DNA of 64,000 nt, from positions 192,001 to 256,000 of the forward strand of contig CAWBOC010000010.1 in the NCBI GenBank assembly GCA_963790305.1. Direction: 5' to 3'. How positions within the stretch are numbered: the stretch's first letter is position 1; each line of letters starts with the position of its first letter. A model generated the notes under the pieces. The model was not told the origin of the DNA and did not search any database. It saw nothing but the letters and a program-made list of their open reading frames with translations. Both the position numbers and the translations under genes were made by a program. Positions 62,835 to 64,000 of this stretch are shown here, one piece after another. Source of the DNA: an uncultured Gemmatimonadaceae bacterium. Its GTDB lineage: Bacteria; Gemmatimonadota; Gemmatimonadetes; Gemmatimonadales; Gemmatimonadaceae.

Positions 62835-63030
62835 GCTGTGGGAGAAGGAAGCAGCCCCGTGGACGTAGTCCTCGTGGTCTGCGCGTCGCCCTCCCTACTG
62901 GTCTCCAGGGTTCGACTCCCTCCTCGTTCCGCCATGGCGGGCCAGCGCATTCGCGCACTGGAATGAACGCCCTGCAGGCTCGCGCCTCCGCGGTCGTTCC
63001 GGGGTTCGCCGTGGCGGAACGCTTTCCAGC
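62835..63030 (+). ncRNA. Candidate tRNA-like structured RNA (or tRNA-Sec 3' remnant at 62907-62934)
   Basis: T-arm AGGG-TTCGACT-CCCT followed by CCTCGTTCCGCCA; later D-arm-like GCG-CACTGGAATGAA-CGC; closing stem 62853-62865 with 62995-63006. Confidence 0.45.
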
Positions 63031-63042
63031 TTCGACACCACC

Positions 63043-63840
63043 ATGGTTCCTGAAACGCTCTTCGGCATCCTGCTCGCCCTCGTGGCGCTCCTCACGCTTC
63101 GCGCCACTGTGCGCAGCGTAACGATTTTCGAGTTTGAGCGTGGACTGAAGTACTCGCGCGGCAAGTTCCGCGCGGTGCTCGGGCCGGGACAGTACTGGTA
63201 CATGCCGCGCGTCACCTCGATTCGCGCGATCGACATGCGCACGAGTGTCGCGGCCTTGTCGGGACAGGAGGTGCTCAGTGCGGACGGTGTCGCGCTCAAG
63301 GTGAGCGTCGCCGCGAAGTACCACGTCGTGGATCCGGCGAAGGCGGTGAATGCCGTGGACAACTATGCGACCGCCCTCCATACCGAGCTGCAGCTCGCGC
63401 TGCGCGCCGTTATTTCCGGCAGCGAGGTGGACGCCCTGCTCCGTCAACGGGCGACGTTAGGCGCGAGGCTCACCGAGCTCGCGGCCGAGCCCATTCGCGC
63501 CCTTGGGCTGGAGCTGGTGGCGGCCGAGATCCGCGATCTCACGCTGCCGGGCGAGCTGAAGAAGATCTTCTCGCAGGTCGTGCGGGCGCGCCAGGAAGGG
63601 CTGGCCGCGCTCGAGAAGGCTCGCGGCGAGACCGCCGCGCTTCGCAACCTCGCCAACGCCGCTCAGATGATCGAGCGCAATCCGCACCTCATGCAGCTGC
63701 GACTCCTTCAGGTGCTGGGGCAGCAGTCCGGCAACACCGTTGTGCTGGGGGTCCCGGCCTCGAGCGGGCCGATTCCCGTGCGCAGCGTTGACACGCCGCC
63801 TCAGATTCCCCCGCAGGGGATAGACGCGAGCGAGAGTTAG
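63043..63840 (+). CDS. SPFH/band-7 (slipin/stomatin-like) protein
   Basis: IFEFERGL, LGPG, QEVLSADGV.LKV, ARQEG.A.LEKARGETAALRNLANAA, LMQLRLLQ. Confidence 0.92.
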   Translation: MVPETLFGILLALVALLTLRATVRSVTIFEFERGLKYSRGKFRAVLGPGQYWYMPRVTSIRAIDMRTSVAALSGQEVLSADGVALKVSVAAKYHVVDPAKAVNAVDNYATALHTELQLALRAVISGSEVDALLRQRATLGARLTELAAEPIRALGLELVAAEIRDLTLPGELKKIFSQVVRARQEGLAALEKARGETAALRNLANAAQMIERNPHLMQLRLLQVLGQQSGNTVVLGVPASSGPIPVRSVDTPPQIPPQGIDASES

Positions 63841-64000
63841 CGGCGCCGCTTGGCCTTCGCCTTACGAGCGGTCTTCTTCCTGGCCGCCGGTCGTTTCTTC
63901 GACGCCGCTTTCTTCCTCGCGCCGGAGCGAGCCGTTTTTGCCTTGGGCCGGGCCGCCTTCTTCGGCTTCTTACGTGTCGATGGCTTCGTCTCCGTGGCGC
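63837..64000 (-). CDS. C-terminal Lys/Ala/Arg-rich (histone H1-like) tail of a gene starting beyond the window
   Basis: Minus-strand reading ..KPSTRKKPKKAARPKAKTARSGARKKAASKKRPAARKKTARKAKAKRRR*, stop at 63837-63839. Confidence 0.7.
   Translation of the reverse strand, partial: ATETKPSTRKKPKKAARPKAKTARSGARKKAASKKRPAARKKTARKAKAKRRR

Noticed and set aside
62840..62934. Intact tRNA-Sec (selC) gene
   Set aside because: Length is similar, but the 5' strand does not pair properly with CTCGTTCC and there is no UCA anticodon arm.

Overview
High-GC bacterial chromosomal window. Gene content and protein style suggest Gemmatimonadota (inference, no search run). There are many single-base frameshifts in otherwise intact genes, most likely long-read/MAG indel errors. 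Core genes include gyrA, sucB-lpdA, an ECF sigma/anti-sigma pair and a glucose-type PTS (EIIA-HPr-EI fusion plus EIICB). A ~22 kb alpha-glucan-type utilisation locus (24-46 kb) carries a sugar ABC transporter, a six-hairpin glycosidase, SusC/SusD, two ASPIC/UnbV-VCBS lipoproteins, a vanadium haloperoxidase-family protein, a plug-only lipoprotein and GH97. Several secreted hydrolases are also present. Structure the gene list does not explain: (1) the octamer GCCTAACG/CGTTAGGC occurs about 21 times on both strands, inside and between genes, and forces rare codons; (2) about ten intergenic palindromes are built from inverted 7-10 nt tandem repeats with different units, and one carries a four-helix-bundle gene inserted antisense in the sucB-lpdA operon; (3) a tRNA-like structured element (T-arm before D-arm) lies upstream of an SPFH gene. 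No rRNA, intact tRNA, CRISPR array, integrase or transposase was seen.
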